DNA of 64,000 bases from an uncultured Enterobacteriaceae bacterium (GCA_964400745.1 CAYNVY010000003.1:865-64864), one strand, 5' to 3'. Positions 1 to 7,986 are shown, counted from the stretch's first letter. A program made the numbers and translations. Notes: generated from the letters alone by a model not told the origin.

Positions 1-1204
1 GCTGTTTTGCGCCCGGTTCAGTCTCAGCGCCGGCGCGATCCACGCGAACGCCGGCGCGATCTACACGAACGCTTGCGCGTTCAGGCCGATGATCGGCGTG
101 CAGGGCGATGCCGTGCACGGCTGCATTGCCCAGGCGCGAGCGCAGGCGCTCGATCAGACGTGGCCAATTGTCGCCTTCGCATAATTCATCGGAAAAGAGA
201 TTCTGGTTGGCGTGTGCCAGCGGCTCGATCGCCTGCACTTCCAGCGCGATGGAGTGCACCGGCTCGGCGAGCGCCGTCTGCTGCAACTGCTCGCGCAGCA
301 GCAACGCAAAGTGAGCCGCTTCGCGGCAGGTCGCGACCATTCCCAATTCGATCCGGGTGGCGGGCGCGGCGCGATGCGACAGGCTGAGCGTCAGCCGCCG
401 CGTGCCGGCGGCGCGCGCTGCGAGAAAGCCTTCGAGCTGCGCCAGCAGGCGCTTGGCTGCAAACAGCAGGGCTTCGGCCTGCGTGGCTTCGGCCGGCAGC
501 TCGATCGCGGCGCAAAAAGTTTCCGGCAGGACGCAAAAACCGCGCGGATCGGGCAGGCGGCCCAGGGCCTGATCCAGCGCGTCGAGCAGGCCCTGGCCGA
601 AGCGCCGCGCCAGCCCATCGCGCGGCAGCGCCAGCAGATCGCCGATGTTGCCGGCACCGACGGAGGACAGGGCTTCCTCCTGTGCGCATTGCAGCACCGA
701 CAGGGGCAGGGCGCCGAGTTCGTCTTCGAGCAGCGCGGCATCGGCTATCAGGCAGGATTTTCCAGCGCGTGCGAACCAGGACGCGGCGCGGGCAGTGGGC
801 GCGGCGGCGAGGCGCTCGCTGTAGCCCATCGCGGCAAGCCCCTGTCGCAGTCTCGCCGCTATGCGCGCCAGGCCGCCGAACAGCTTCAAACTGCCCGACA
901 CCTCCAGCAGCACCAGATCGGGAAATTCGAGTGCGACATTGGGCGTGCATTGCATCGCCCAGGCGGCGATGCCGAGCAGGGCTTCGGTTTCGGCCGCAGC
1001 GTCGCGTTCGCGCAGACGCAAGCCCGGCGCGAGTGCGAGCGCCGCCGTGACCGGCATGCCTGCGCGCAGGCCGCGCGCGGCGGCCTTGCCGTCGCAGACC
1101 AGGATGCGTTGCCGCTCGGTGATCGCGCAGGGCTCAGGCGAGGGCAAGCCGCGCTGGAACGCTTCCAGCGGCAGTTGCGGCAAATGCAGGGCGATCCAGA
1201 GCAT
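1..1204 (-). CDS. imuB: ImuB (Y-family-polymerase-like subunit of the ImuA-ImuB-DnaE2 SOS mutagenesis cassette), N-terminal 401 codons; runs off the left edge, so it is absent from the ORF track
   Basis: Hand translation of the minus strand from ATG 1204-1202 gives MLWIALHLPQLPLEAFQRGLPSPEPCAITERQRILVCDGKAAARGLRAGMPVTAALALAPGLRLRERD... The frame stays open to base 2. The N-terminus is ImuB-type, a LexA box lies 57 nt upstream, and imuA is nearby. Confidence 0.8.
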   Translation of the reverse strand, partial: MLWIALHLPQLPLEAFQRGLPSPEPCAITERQRILVCDGKAAARGLRAGMPVTAALALAPGLRLRERDAAAETEALLGIAAWAMQCTPNVALEFPDLVLLEVSGSLKLFGGLARIAARLRQGLAAMGYSERLAAAPTARAASWFARAGKSCLIADAALLEDELGALPLSVLQCAQEEALSSVGAGNIGDLLALPRDGLARRFGQGLLDALDQALGRLPDPRGFCVLPETFCAAIELPAEATQAEALLFAAKRLLAQLEGFLAARAAGTRRLTLSLSHRAAPATRIELGMVATCREAAHFALLLREQLQQTALAEPVHSIALEVQAIEPLAHANQNLFSDELCEGDNWPRLIERLRSRLGNAAVHGIALHADHRPERASVRVDRAGVRVDRAGAETEPGAKQ

Positions 1205-1260
1205 GAAGGTTCACGAACGATGGCAGCCTGATAAAGCAGGCTGGCGTCGAGTCCTAAAAA

Positions 1261-1276
1261 CTGTATATATGTACAG
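1261..1276. promoter_or_regulatory. LexA (SOS) box CTGTATATATGTACAG upstream of imuB, in the region shared with the divergent dehydrogenase
   Basis: Perfect CTGT-N8-ACAG palindrome, the consensus for beta/gammaproteobacterial LexA operators. It lies between imuB ATG (1204) and the dehydrogenase ATG (1369). Confidence 0.8.
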
Positions 1277-1303
1277 TATCCGGAAATTTTGCCAGCTTGT
1301 CCA
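1275..1303 (-). promoter_or_regulatory. Predicted sigma70 promoter of imuB (-35 TGGACA, 17-nt spacer, -10 GATACT overlapping the LexA box)
   Basis: Minus-strand reading TGGACA (1303-1298), 17 nt, GATACT (1280-1275). Same architecture as the imuA promoter. Confidence 0.5.
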
Positions 1304-1368
1304 GCGGGACCCCGTGCTCCAATGGCGCTGCCAGTGCGGCCGGTCGCAGTATCAAGGATAATCCGGCC

Positions 1369-2370
1369 ATGCCTGCGTCCAACTTGCCCATTTATCGGCT
1401 GCACCTGAAAAGTCAGCGCGAGGACGATCCCATCTATCACCTCACGCCACAGGTCTGGCATGAGGTCGCAGCGCGCCACGGCGATCTGGCTGCCTGCTTG
1501 CAGGTGAGCTACGGCTGGGACGAAGAAGGTTTGGAGCGCAATCTCGCCGATGCCGATTTCCTGGTAGGCACTCGATTCAGAAAGAATGTGCTCAACGCAG
1601 CAGGCGGCCTGCGATGGATTCATACCACGGGTGCCGGGGTGGACGGGCTCGCGCCGCTGGCGGAATTGCGCAATGACATTGTGCTCACCAACAGCAGCGG
1701 CATACACAGCGACAAGGCGCAGGAGTTCGTGCTCATGGCCTTGCTCATGCTGCAAAGCGGCATGCCGCGAATGATAGTCGCGCAAAGCGCATGTCGCTGG
1801 GATCCGCATTTCACCGCGACGCTCGCCGCCAAGACTGCGCTGGTGATCGGGTACGGCGACCTTGGCCAGGCTGCGGCGGCGGCAGCGCGATCGCAGTCGA
1901 TGCGCGTCGTGGCGGTTTCGCGCAGCGGCCGCTCCCAGCCCGGGGTGGCAGACCTCGTTTTGCCGGTGGCGCGACTCGATGAGGTGCTGCCAGCTGCGAA
2001 CTTCGTGGTGCTCACGACGCCGCTGACACAAGAGACGCACAATCTGCTCGATGCGACGCGGCTGGCGCTGCTACCGCGCGGAGCCGGAATCGTCAACATC
2101 GGGCGGGCCGGCTTGCTCGATCACGCAGCGCTATTCGCGGGGCTGCGCAGCGGCGCCTTGGGGGGCGCTGTGCTCGATGTGGTCGATCCCGAGCCACTGC
2201 CGCGAACGGCGGAGCACTGGCGCGTGCCCAATCTGATCGTCACACCGCACATTTCCTGCGACGCCCCCGACTACGCTGATCGCGTGCTCGATTTGTGGTT
2301 CGATAATTTCGGCCGTTTCGTGCGTGGCGAGACGCTGCGTAATTTGGTGGACCGGGGCCTGGGGTATTAG
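1369..2370 (+). CDS. D-isomer-specific 2-hydroxyacid dehydrogenase family protein (NAD-binding)
   Basis: The ORF 1297-2370 was trimmed to ATG 1369, which has AAGGA 11 nt upstream. It carries the Rossmann motif VIGYGDLGQAAA, LLPRGAGIVNIGRAGLLD, and a catalytic His context (LIVTPHIS). Confidence 0.85.
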   Translation: MPASNLPIYRLHLKSQREDDPIYHLTPQVWHEVAARHGDLAACLQVSYGWDEEGLERNLADADFLVGTRFRKNVLNAAGGLRWIHTTGAGVDGLAPLAELRNDIVLTNSSGIHSDKAQEFVLMALLMLQSGMPRMIVAQSACRWDPHFTATLAAKTALVIGYGDLGQAAAAAARSQSMRVVAVSRSGRSQPGVADLVLPVARLDEVLPAANFVVLTTPLTQETHNLLDATRLALLPRGAGIVNIGRAGLLDHAALFAGLRSGALGGAVLDVVDPEPLPRTAEHWRVPNLIVTPHISCDAPDYADRVLDLWFDNFGRFVRGETLRNLVDRGLGY

Positions 2371-3072
2371 CGGGAGGAGCGGTACGAGCGGCTGATTCAC
2401 GGCAGAGCGTTTCGCAGCATGATTAATCCACGGTGTTTGCCCGCCTGCCGACACAAGCGTTGCCGGCAGCAGAATCGGCCGCGCAATCGGTGCGCCGCGG
2501 CGTTTCAGGATGGATACGGCGAGCCCGCCCTGGTGCGTGGCGAGCGCGATGCGCAGCGCCGCAGGTGAAGGTTCGCGCGCGGCTGCGACGGGGCGGAACA
2601 GCACGACGAGACCGCCCCCGCCCTCGGCGGCGAGTTGCAGACGCCGCAACTGGGGGAAGGCGGGCGCGCGTGGCCAGAGGAGCACGCCGCCGCAGGCCGC
2701 CGAGCGCAGCGCCTGCTCCGCCGCCCACAGTGCGTCGCCGTCCCTGGCAGTCTTGACGATGACGATGCGGGCCAAGTCGATGCCGGCCGCGGCGAGCGCG
2801 GGCGCGTAGGGCAGGTGGGGCGGCGCGATCCAGGCGATGAAGCGGCCCTGCGCGGCAAGCTGCGCCAGCGCCGGGCCGAGGATGCGCAACTCGCCTATGC
2901 CTTCGTGCTGCGGCAGGATTTCGGTGAGCGCGCCGCAGGGCCAGCCGCCGCCCGGCAGTTCGGCGTCCAGCGGCGCAAAGCCCGAGGCGATGCCGGGACA
3001 GGCGGGGCGCGCCAATTCGCTGCCGCGCCAGACGCCGGGGTACTGCTCGAGTGCGGCCGCGGGGCTGGGCAT
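2131..3072 (-). CDS. imuA: ImuA (RecA/SulA-like SOS protein) with an anomalous C-terminal read-through tail
   Basis: From ATG 3072: MPSPAAALEQYPGVWRGSELARPACPGIASGFAPLDAELPGGGWPCGALTEILPQHEGIGELRILGPAL..., an ImuA-type motif (GF.PLD..LPGGGWP.G.LTE). GGAGAG precedes the ATG and a LexA box lies 17 nt upstream. Similarity fades near 2400-2440, but the first stop is TAG 2133-2131. Confidence 0.75.
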   Translation of the reverse strand: MPSPAAALEQYPGVWRGSELARPACPGIASGFAPLDAELPGGGWPCGALTEILPQHEGIGELRILGPALAQLAAQGRFIAWIAPPHLPYAPALAAAGIDLARIVIVKTARDGDALWAAEQALRSAACGGVLLWPRAPAFPQLRRLQLAAEGGGGLVVLFRPVAAAREPSPAALRIALATHQGGLAVSILKRRGAPIARPILLPATLVSAGGQTPWINHAAKRSAVNQPLVPLLPLIPQAPVHQITQRLATHETAEIIEPQIEHAISVVGGVAGNVRCDDQIGHAPVLRRSRQWLGIDHIEHSAPQGAAAQPRE

Positions 3073-3088
3073 GGGCTCTCCAAGAAAA

Positions 3089-3104
3089 CTGTATATCCAT
3101 ACAG
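3089..3104. promoter_or_regulatory. LexA (SOS) box CTGTATATCCATACAG upstream of imuA
   Basis: Perfect CTGT-N8-ACAG. It shares the flanking context AAAACTGTATAT...TACAGTATCC with the box at 1261-1276. Confidence 0.8.
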
Positions 3105-3131
3105 TATCCAGAGCTTTAGCCGTTTTGTCTA
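3103..3131 (-). promoter_or_regulatory. Predicted sigma70 promoter of imuA (-35 TAGACA, 17-nt spacer, -10 GATACT overlapping the LexA box)
   Basis: Minus-strand reading TAGACA (3131-3126), 17 nt, GATACT (3108-3103). Confidence 0.5.
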
Positions 3132-3156
3132 CCCGACAATTGCAAAGGGCCAGACG

Positions 3157-3198
3157 CAAGGTCAGGAACACAAGGTCAGGAACACAAGGTCAGGAACA
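3157..3198. repeat. Perfect 3 x 14-bp tandem repeat (CAAGGTCAGGAACA)3 in the imuA/uup divergent region
   Basis: Units at 3157-3170, 3171-3184 and 3185-3198 are identical. Confidence 0.95.
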
Positions 3199-3307
3199 TT
3201 TTGTCGCTTCGACCTATTCGCAGCCGGGCTTCATGGCCGATCTCACATGCGAGCGCCACGAGAAGCTGCCGATTACGGAAATCCGCTCGGTCAAGACCGC
3301 GCCTGAC

Positions 3308-3367
3308 GTCGACAAAACGCGGTAAACGCCCCGGGATGGGGTATCCTTGGGGCCGTTTTCCGTCGAC
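3308..3367 (+). promoter_or_regulatory. 60-nt nested imperfect palindrome (possible leader hairpin) just upstream of the uup start
   Basis: GTCGACAAAACG (3308-3319) pairs with CGTTTT-cc-GTCGAC (3354-3367). GCCCC (3328-3332) pairs with GGGGC (3349-3353). GGAT (3334-3337) pairs with ATCC (3343-3346). Confidence 0.5.
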
Positions 3368-3378
3368 ACCCCCTCCCG

Positions 3379-5298
3379 ATGCCTCTTATCCAGCTTTCCC
3401 AGGTCTCCCTGGCCTATGGCCATGTGCCCCTGCTCGATCACGTCGATCTGGTCATCGAGCCGGGCGAGCGCATCGGTCTGATCGGCCGCAACGGCACCGG
3501 CAAGTCCAGCCTGCTGAAACTCATGGCCGGCACCGCAGCCGCCGATGACGGCAAGGTTTGGCGCGGGCCGGAGCTGAAACTGGCGAGCGTGCCGCAGGAG
3601 CCCGCATTCGAGCCCGGTTTGAGCGTGTTCGAAGCGGTGGCGGAAGGGCTGGGAAAAGGCACTCAGCTGCTCATCGATTATCACGCCGCCGCCCACTCCC
3701 TGACCGCAGCGCACGACGCCGGTGCGCCGGCGGATCCTGCCCTGATGGAGCGGCTGCACGAGTTGCAGGAAGCGCTGGACGCGAGCGACGGCTGGAGCCT
3801 GGAGCACAAGGTTGCGAGCACGCTGTCGCGCCTGCAACTCGACGCTGACAGGCAGGTGTCGGAACTGTCCGGCGGCTTGAAAAAACGCGTCGCTCTGGCA
3901 CGCGCTCTGGTGCTGGCGCCGGATCTTCTGATTCTGGACGAACCGACCAACCACCTGGATGTGGCTGCGATCGAATGGCTGGAGCAGATGCTGCTGTCCT
4001 ATTCGGGCAGCGTGCTGTTCGTGACCCACGACCGGCGTTTCTTGGACAACGTCGCCACCCGGATCATCGAACTCGACCGCGGACTCCTCGGCAGCTACGA
4101 GGGCAATTTCAGCGCCTACCAGCAGGAGAAGGCGGCGGCGCTGGAAACGGAAGCCGTGCACAGCCGCAAGTTCGACAAGTTCCTGGCGCAGGAGGAAGTC
4201 TGGATCCGCCAGGGCATACAGGCGCGGCGAACGCGCAACGAAGGCCGGGTGCGGCGCCTGGAAGCGCTGCGACTGGAGCGCGCGGCACGGCGAAGCCGCG
4301 TCGGCAAGGTGGCGCTGGCGGTGGACGAAGGCGAGCGTTCGGGCAAGCTGGTGGTCGAATTGCGCGAGGTCGGCAAGCAATACGGGGGCAAACCGGTGGT
4401 GCGGGATTTTTCCTGCCGCATCCTGCGCGGCGACAAAGTCGGCCTGATCGGACCCAACGGCAGCGGCAAGACCACGCTGCTCAAACTGATCCTGGGCGAA
4501 ACCCAGCCGGACGAAGGGCTGGTGAGGCTGGGCACCAAGCTCGATTTCGCCTATTTCGACCAGTTTCGCGCCACCTTGGACGAGGAGGCGACGCTCGCCG
4601 ACACCATCAGCGTGGGCGGAGATTTCGTCGAAGTCAACGGCGTGCGCAAGCACGTGATCAGCTACCTGGGCGACTTCCTGTTTCCGCCGGAACGGGCGCG
4701 CGCGCCGGTCAAGTCACTATCGGGAGGGGAGCGCAACCGCCTGCTATTGGCGCGCCTGTTCAGCCGGCCGGCCAATGTGCTGGTGCTGGACGAGCCGACC
4801 AACGATCTGGATATCGAGACGCTGGAACTGCTGGAGGAACTGCTGCAGGACTATGCGGGTACCTTGTTCCTGGTGAGCCACGACCGGGCGTTTCTCGACA
4901 ATGTCGTGACGCAGACCATAGCCAGCGAGGGCGAGGGGGGGTGGAAGGAGTACGCCGGCGGCTTCAGCGACTGGCAGCGGGTGCAGTCCGCGGCCAAAGC
5001 CGAGGTTCCGGCGCGGCGCGGGCAAAAGCCCGCGGGGCAGTTAAAGAAAACGCCCACCGGATCGGCGCCGGTTAAATCTAGACTTAGCTTTAAGGAAGAT
5101 AAAGAACTATCTGAACTTCCTGGTAAAATAGATATCCTGGAAAAGGAGCAGAGCCAGATCACGGCCGCGCTTGCCAACGCGGCGCTATACCGGGACCAGC
5201 CCGAGCAGGTGAAGCAATTGAACCTGCGCTTTGCCGCGTTGGAGGCTGAACTCGCGTCGGCCATGCTGCGCTGGGAGCAACTGGAAGCGAAACGCTGA
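3379..5298 (+). CDS. uup: ABC-F family ATPase Uup
   Basis: 639 aa with two ABC cassettes: Walker A GRNGTGKSS and GPNGSGKTT, signatures LSGGLKKR and LSGGERNR. No TM segments. The C-terminal coiled-coil tail (SFKEDKELSELPGKIDILEKEQ...) matches Uup. Confidence 0.9.
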   Translation: MPLIQLSQVSLAYGHVPLLDHVDLVIEPGERIGLIGRNGTGKSSLLKLMAGTAAADDGKVWRGPELKLASVPQEPAFEPGLSVFEAVAEGLGKGTQLLIDYHAAAHSLTAAHDAGAPADPALMERLHELQEALDASDGWSLEHKVASTLSRLQLDADRQVSELSGGLKKRVALARALVLAPDLLILDEPTNHLDVAAIEWLEQMLLSYSGSVLFVTHDRRFLDNVATRIIELDRGLLGSYEGNFSAYQQEKAAALETEAVHSRKFDKFLAQEEVWIRQGIQARRTRNEGRVRRLEALRLERAARRSRVGKVALAVDEGERSGKLVVELREVGKQYGGKPVVRDFSCRILRGDKVGLIGPNGSGKTTLLKLILGETQPDEGLVRLGTKLDFAYFDQFRATLDEEATLADTISVGGDFVEVNGVRKHVISYLGDFLFPPERARAPVKSLSGGERNRLLLARLFSRPANVLVLDEPTNDLDIETLELLEELLQDYAGTLFLVSHDRAFLDNVVTQTIASEGEGGWKEYAGGFSDWQRVQSAAKAEVPARRGQKPAGQLKKTPTGSAPVKSRLSFKEDKELSELPGKIDILEKEQSQITAALANAALYRDQPEQVKQLNLRFAALEAELASAMLRWEQLEAKR

Positions 5299-5408
5299 GC
5301 TCGCATGGAACTGCGGCAGGCCTCACCGCTCAGGCGACTGGGCGATGACGGTCAATGGTAGCCATTGGATGGAAATACTATCTTCACTCCGGACTACCTA
5401 TACTTCGA

Positions 5409-5481
5409 GTTGACAATAGCGTTATAATGATTGACAATAAAAATTAATTTAATTTACAATTAATTTAATTGTGATTGACAA
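5409..5481. repeat. AT-rich island of iterated words: (T)GATTGACAA-type x3 and AATTAATTTAATT x2
   Basis: GTTGACAATA at 5409-5418. TGATTGACAA at 5428-5437 and 5472-5481. AATTAATTTAATT at 5442-5454 and 5458-5470. Confidence 0.9.
5431..5460 (+). promoter_or_regulatory. Predicted sigma70 promoter of the HTH-GHKL-STAS gene (-35 TTGACA, 18-nt spacer, -10 TACAAT); implies a near-leaderless mRNA
   Basis: TTGACA 5431-5436 and TACAAT 5455-5460. The GTG start at 5471 lies only about 4 nt beyond the expected transcription start. Confidence 0.5.
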
Positions 5482-6496
5482 ACATGCCCTGAGGCGCCGA
5501 GCATTGGTGCTTATCGCCGAGGACGGTCGCAGTGCGACGCGTAAGCTCGTGGCCGAATTCGGACTCTCGCGTCAAGCCGCGAACGGCCATTTAAAGGCAT
5601 TGCTGCGCGACAATCAGGTTGAGGCCGAAGGTAGCACCAGGGCGCGGGTCTATCGGCTCGCCACTATCGCGGAAACCATTCGCGACTATCCCGGCGGGGC
5701 CCTGCGGGAAGATGTTGTGTGGAGTGAGGTGTTTGCACCCGCCGTGGCGGAATTGCCGGAGAACGCTCGCGACATTTGGCGCTACGGTATTACCGAGATG
5801 GTGAACAATGCCATTGACCACTCGGGTTCAGCCCTGGTCCATGTGGGTGTCCGCCGCAACGCTCTCTACACCGACGGCTGGGTAGCCGACGATGGCGAGG
5901 GTATCTTTCTCAAGATCCAGCGGGCGTTCGGCCTCTATGATCCGCGCGAAGCCATACTCGAACTGGCCAAGGGCAAGCTGACCACGGACCCGCGCAACCA
6001 CTCGGGCGAGGGTATTTTTTTCGCGTCCAAGGTGCTCGACGCCTTTGACATCCGCTCCGGGCGCCTGCACTTCATGCACGGTAGCGGCGCGCTCGATGTG
6101 TTGACGGAGCGTTCGGCAGATGCGCCCGGAACCTTGGTCCTGATGCGGCTTGCCAACGACAGCGCCCGTACTGTGAAGTCAGTGTTCGACGAGTACGCCG
6201 CCCCGGAGGAATACACGTTCGCGAAGACGCTGGTGCCGGTCCGGCTCGCGCAGTACGAGGGCGAGAAACTGGTGTCGCGCTCCCAGGCAAAGCGGCTTTA
6301 CCAGCGCTTCGAGCGCTTCCGCCACGTGGTACTGGATTTCGATAGCGTTGCCGAGATCGGTCAGGCATTCGCGGACGAACTGTTTCGGGTCTTCGCGACC
6401 GCACATCCGGGCGTAACGCTTGTGCCGATCAACATGAGCACCGCGGTCGCTCAGATGGTCAGCCGTGCGCTGGCAAGCACGACTGGGCCAGCATGA
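5471..6496 (+). CDS. Orphan fusion protein: N-terminal winged-HTH, GHKL (histidine-kinase-like/anti-sigma-kinase-like) ATPase core, C-terminal STAS-like (DUF4325-type) domain
   Basis: HTH-like segment RKLVAEFGLSRQAANGHLKALLRDNQV. Bergerat-fold motifs EMVNNAIDHS (N box), DDGEGIF (G1) and SGEGIFF (G2). The C-terminus LVSRSQAKRLYQRFERFRHVVLDFDSVAEIGQAFADELF resembles STAS_2/DUF4325. Confidence 0.7.
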   Translation: MIDKHALRRRALVLIAEDGRSATRKLVAEFGLSRQAANGHLKALLRDNQVEAEGSTRARVYRLATIAETIRDYPGGALREDVVWSEVFAPAVAELPENARDIWRYGITEMVNNAIDHSGSALVHVGVRRNALYTDGWVADDGEGIFLKIQRAFGLYDPREAILELAKGKLTTDPRNHSGEGIFFASKVLDAFDIRSGRLHFMHGSGALDVLTERSADAPGTLVLMRLANDSARTVKSVFDEYAAPEEYTFAKTLVPVRLAQYEGEKLVSRSQAKRLYQRFERFRHVVLDFDSVAEIGQAFADELFRVFATAHPGVTLVPINMSTAVAQMVSRALASTTGPA

Positions 6497-6511
6497 TCCG
6501 GGCGGTCGGAT

Positions 6512-7741
<1,230 letters not shown>

Positions 7742-7859
7742 AATCGATTTTCAAAAGTCCCTAGACTGGTGGATTCGCTTGCTGCGCTTCGCCAAACAAC
7801 ATGACTCGCCCATGCACCCATTGCGTCCATCGCATCGTATCGGTGCAACGACTCCCGGC

Positions 7860-7868
7860 ATTCTAACA
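7860..7868 (-). promoter_or_regulatory. Possible extended -10 promoter element for dapL (TGTTAGAAT)
   Basis: Minus-strand TGT-TAGAAT, about 120 nt upstream of the dapL ATG. No good -35 element. Confidence 0.3.
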
Positions 7869-7986
7869 TTTGCCATCATCGCAATCGGACGCTGCGCAGG
7901 GCAAAATTTTGAGGGAAACAACGGGGCTTGCGTGAATTGTCACGCGGCTAACGGTTTCCCGAGTGAGCCATAGAGTCCCGGTTATT

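Noticed and set aside
212-1231. 339-aa plus-strand ORF (and the 254-aa minus ORF 186-950) covering the left end
   Set aside because: The Gln/Arg/Gly/Ala-rich translation has no motifs. It is the antisense or off-frame shadow of imuB, whose own frame was omitted from the track because it lacks a stop within the window.
3157-3198. Could the 14-bp repeats be a tiny CRISPR array, or the AGGTCA words a hormone-response-like half-site?
   Set aside because: The units are contiguous with no spacers and are far too short for CRISPR repeats, and no cas genes are present. The AGGTCA resemblance has no bacterial meaning.
3214-4653. 479-aa minus-strand ORF antisense to uup; similar long antisense ORFs at 6632-7804, 13715-14893, 19670-21178, 21707-22936, 23922-25328, 32679-33833, 34664-36151, 58137-59495 and 60398-61510
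   Set aside because: Each lies opposite a gene with clear family motifs. They are the long open antisense frames expected in high-GC DNA, and I recognise no motifs in them.
5410-5428. Consensus TTGACA and TATAAT hexamers upstream of the HTH-GHKL-STAS gene
   Set aside because: They are only 7 nt apart, which is too close for a sigma70 promoter. The TTGACA at 5431 with TACAAT at 5455 (18-nt spacer) is the workable pair.
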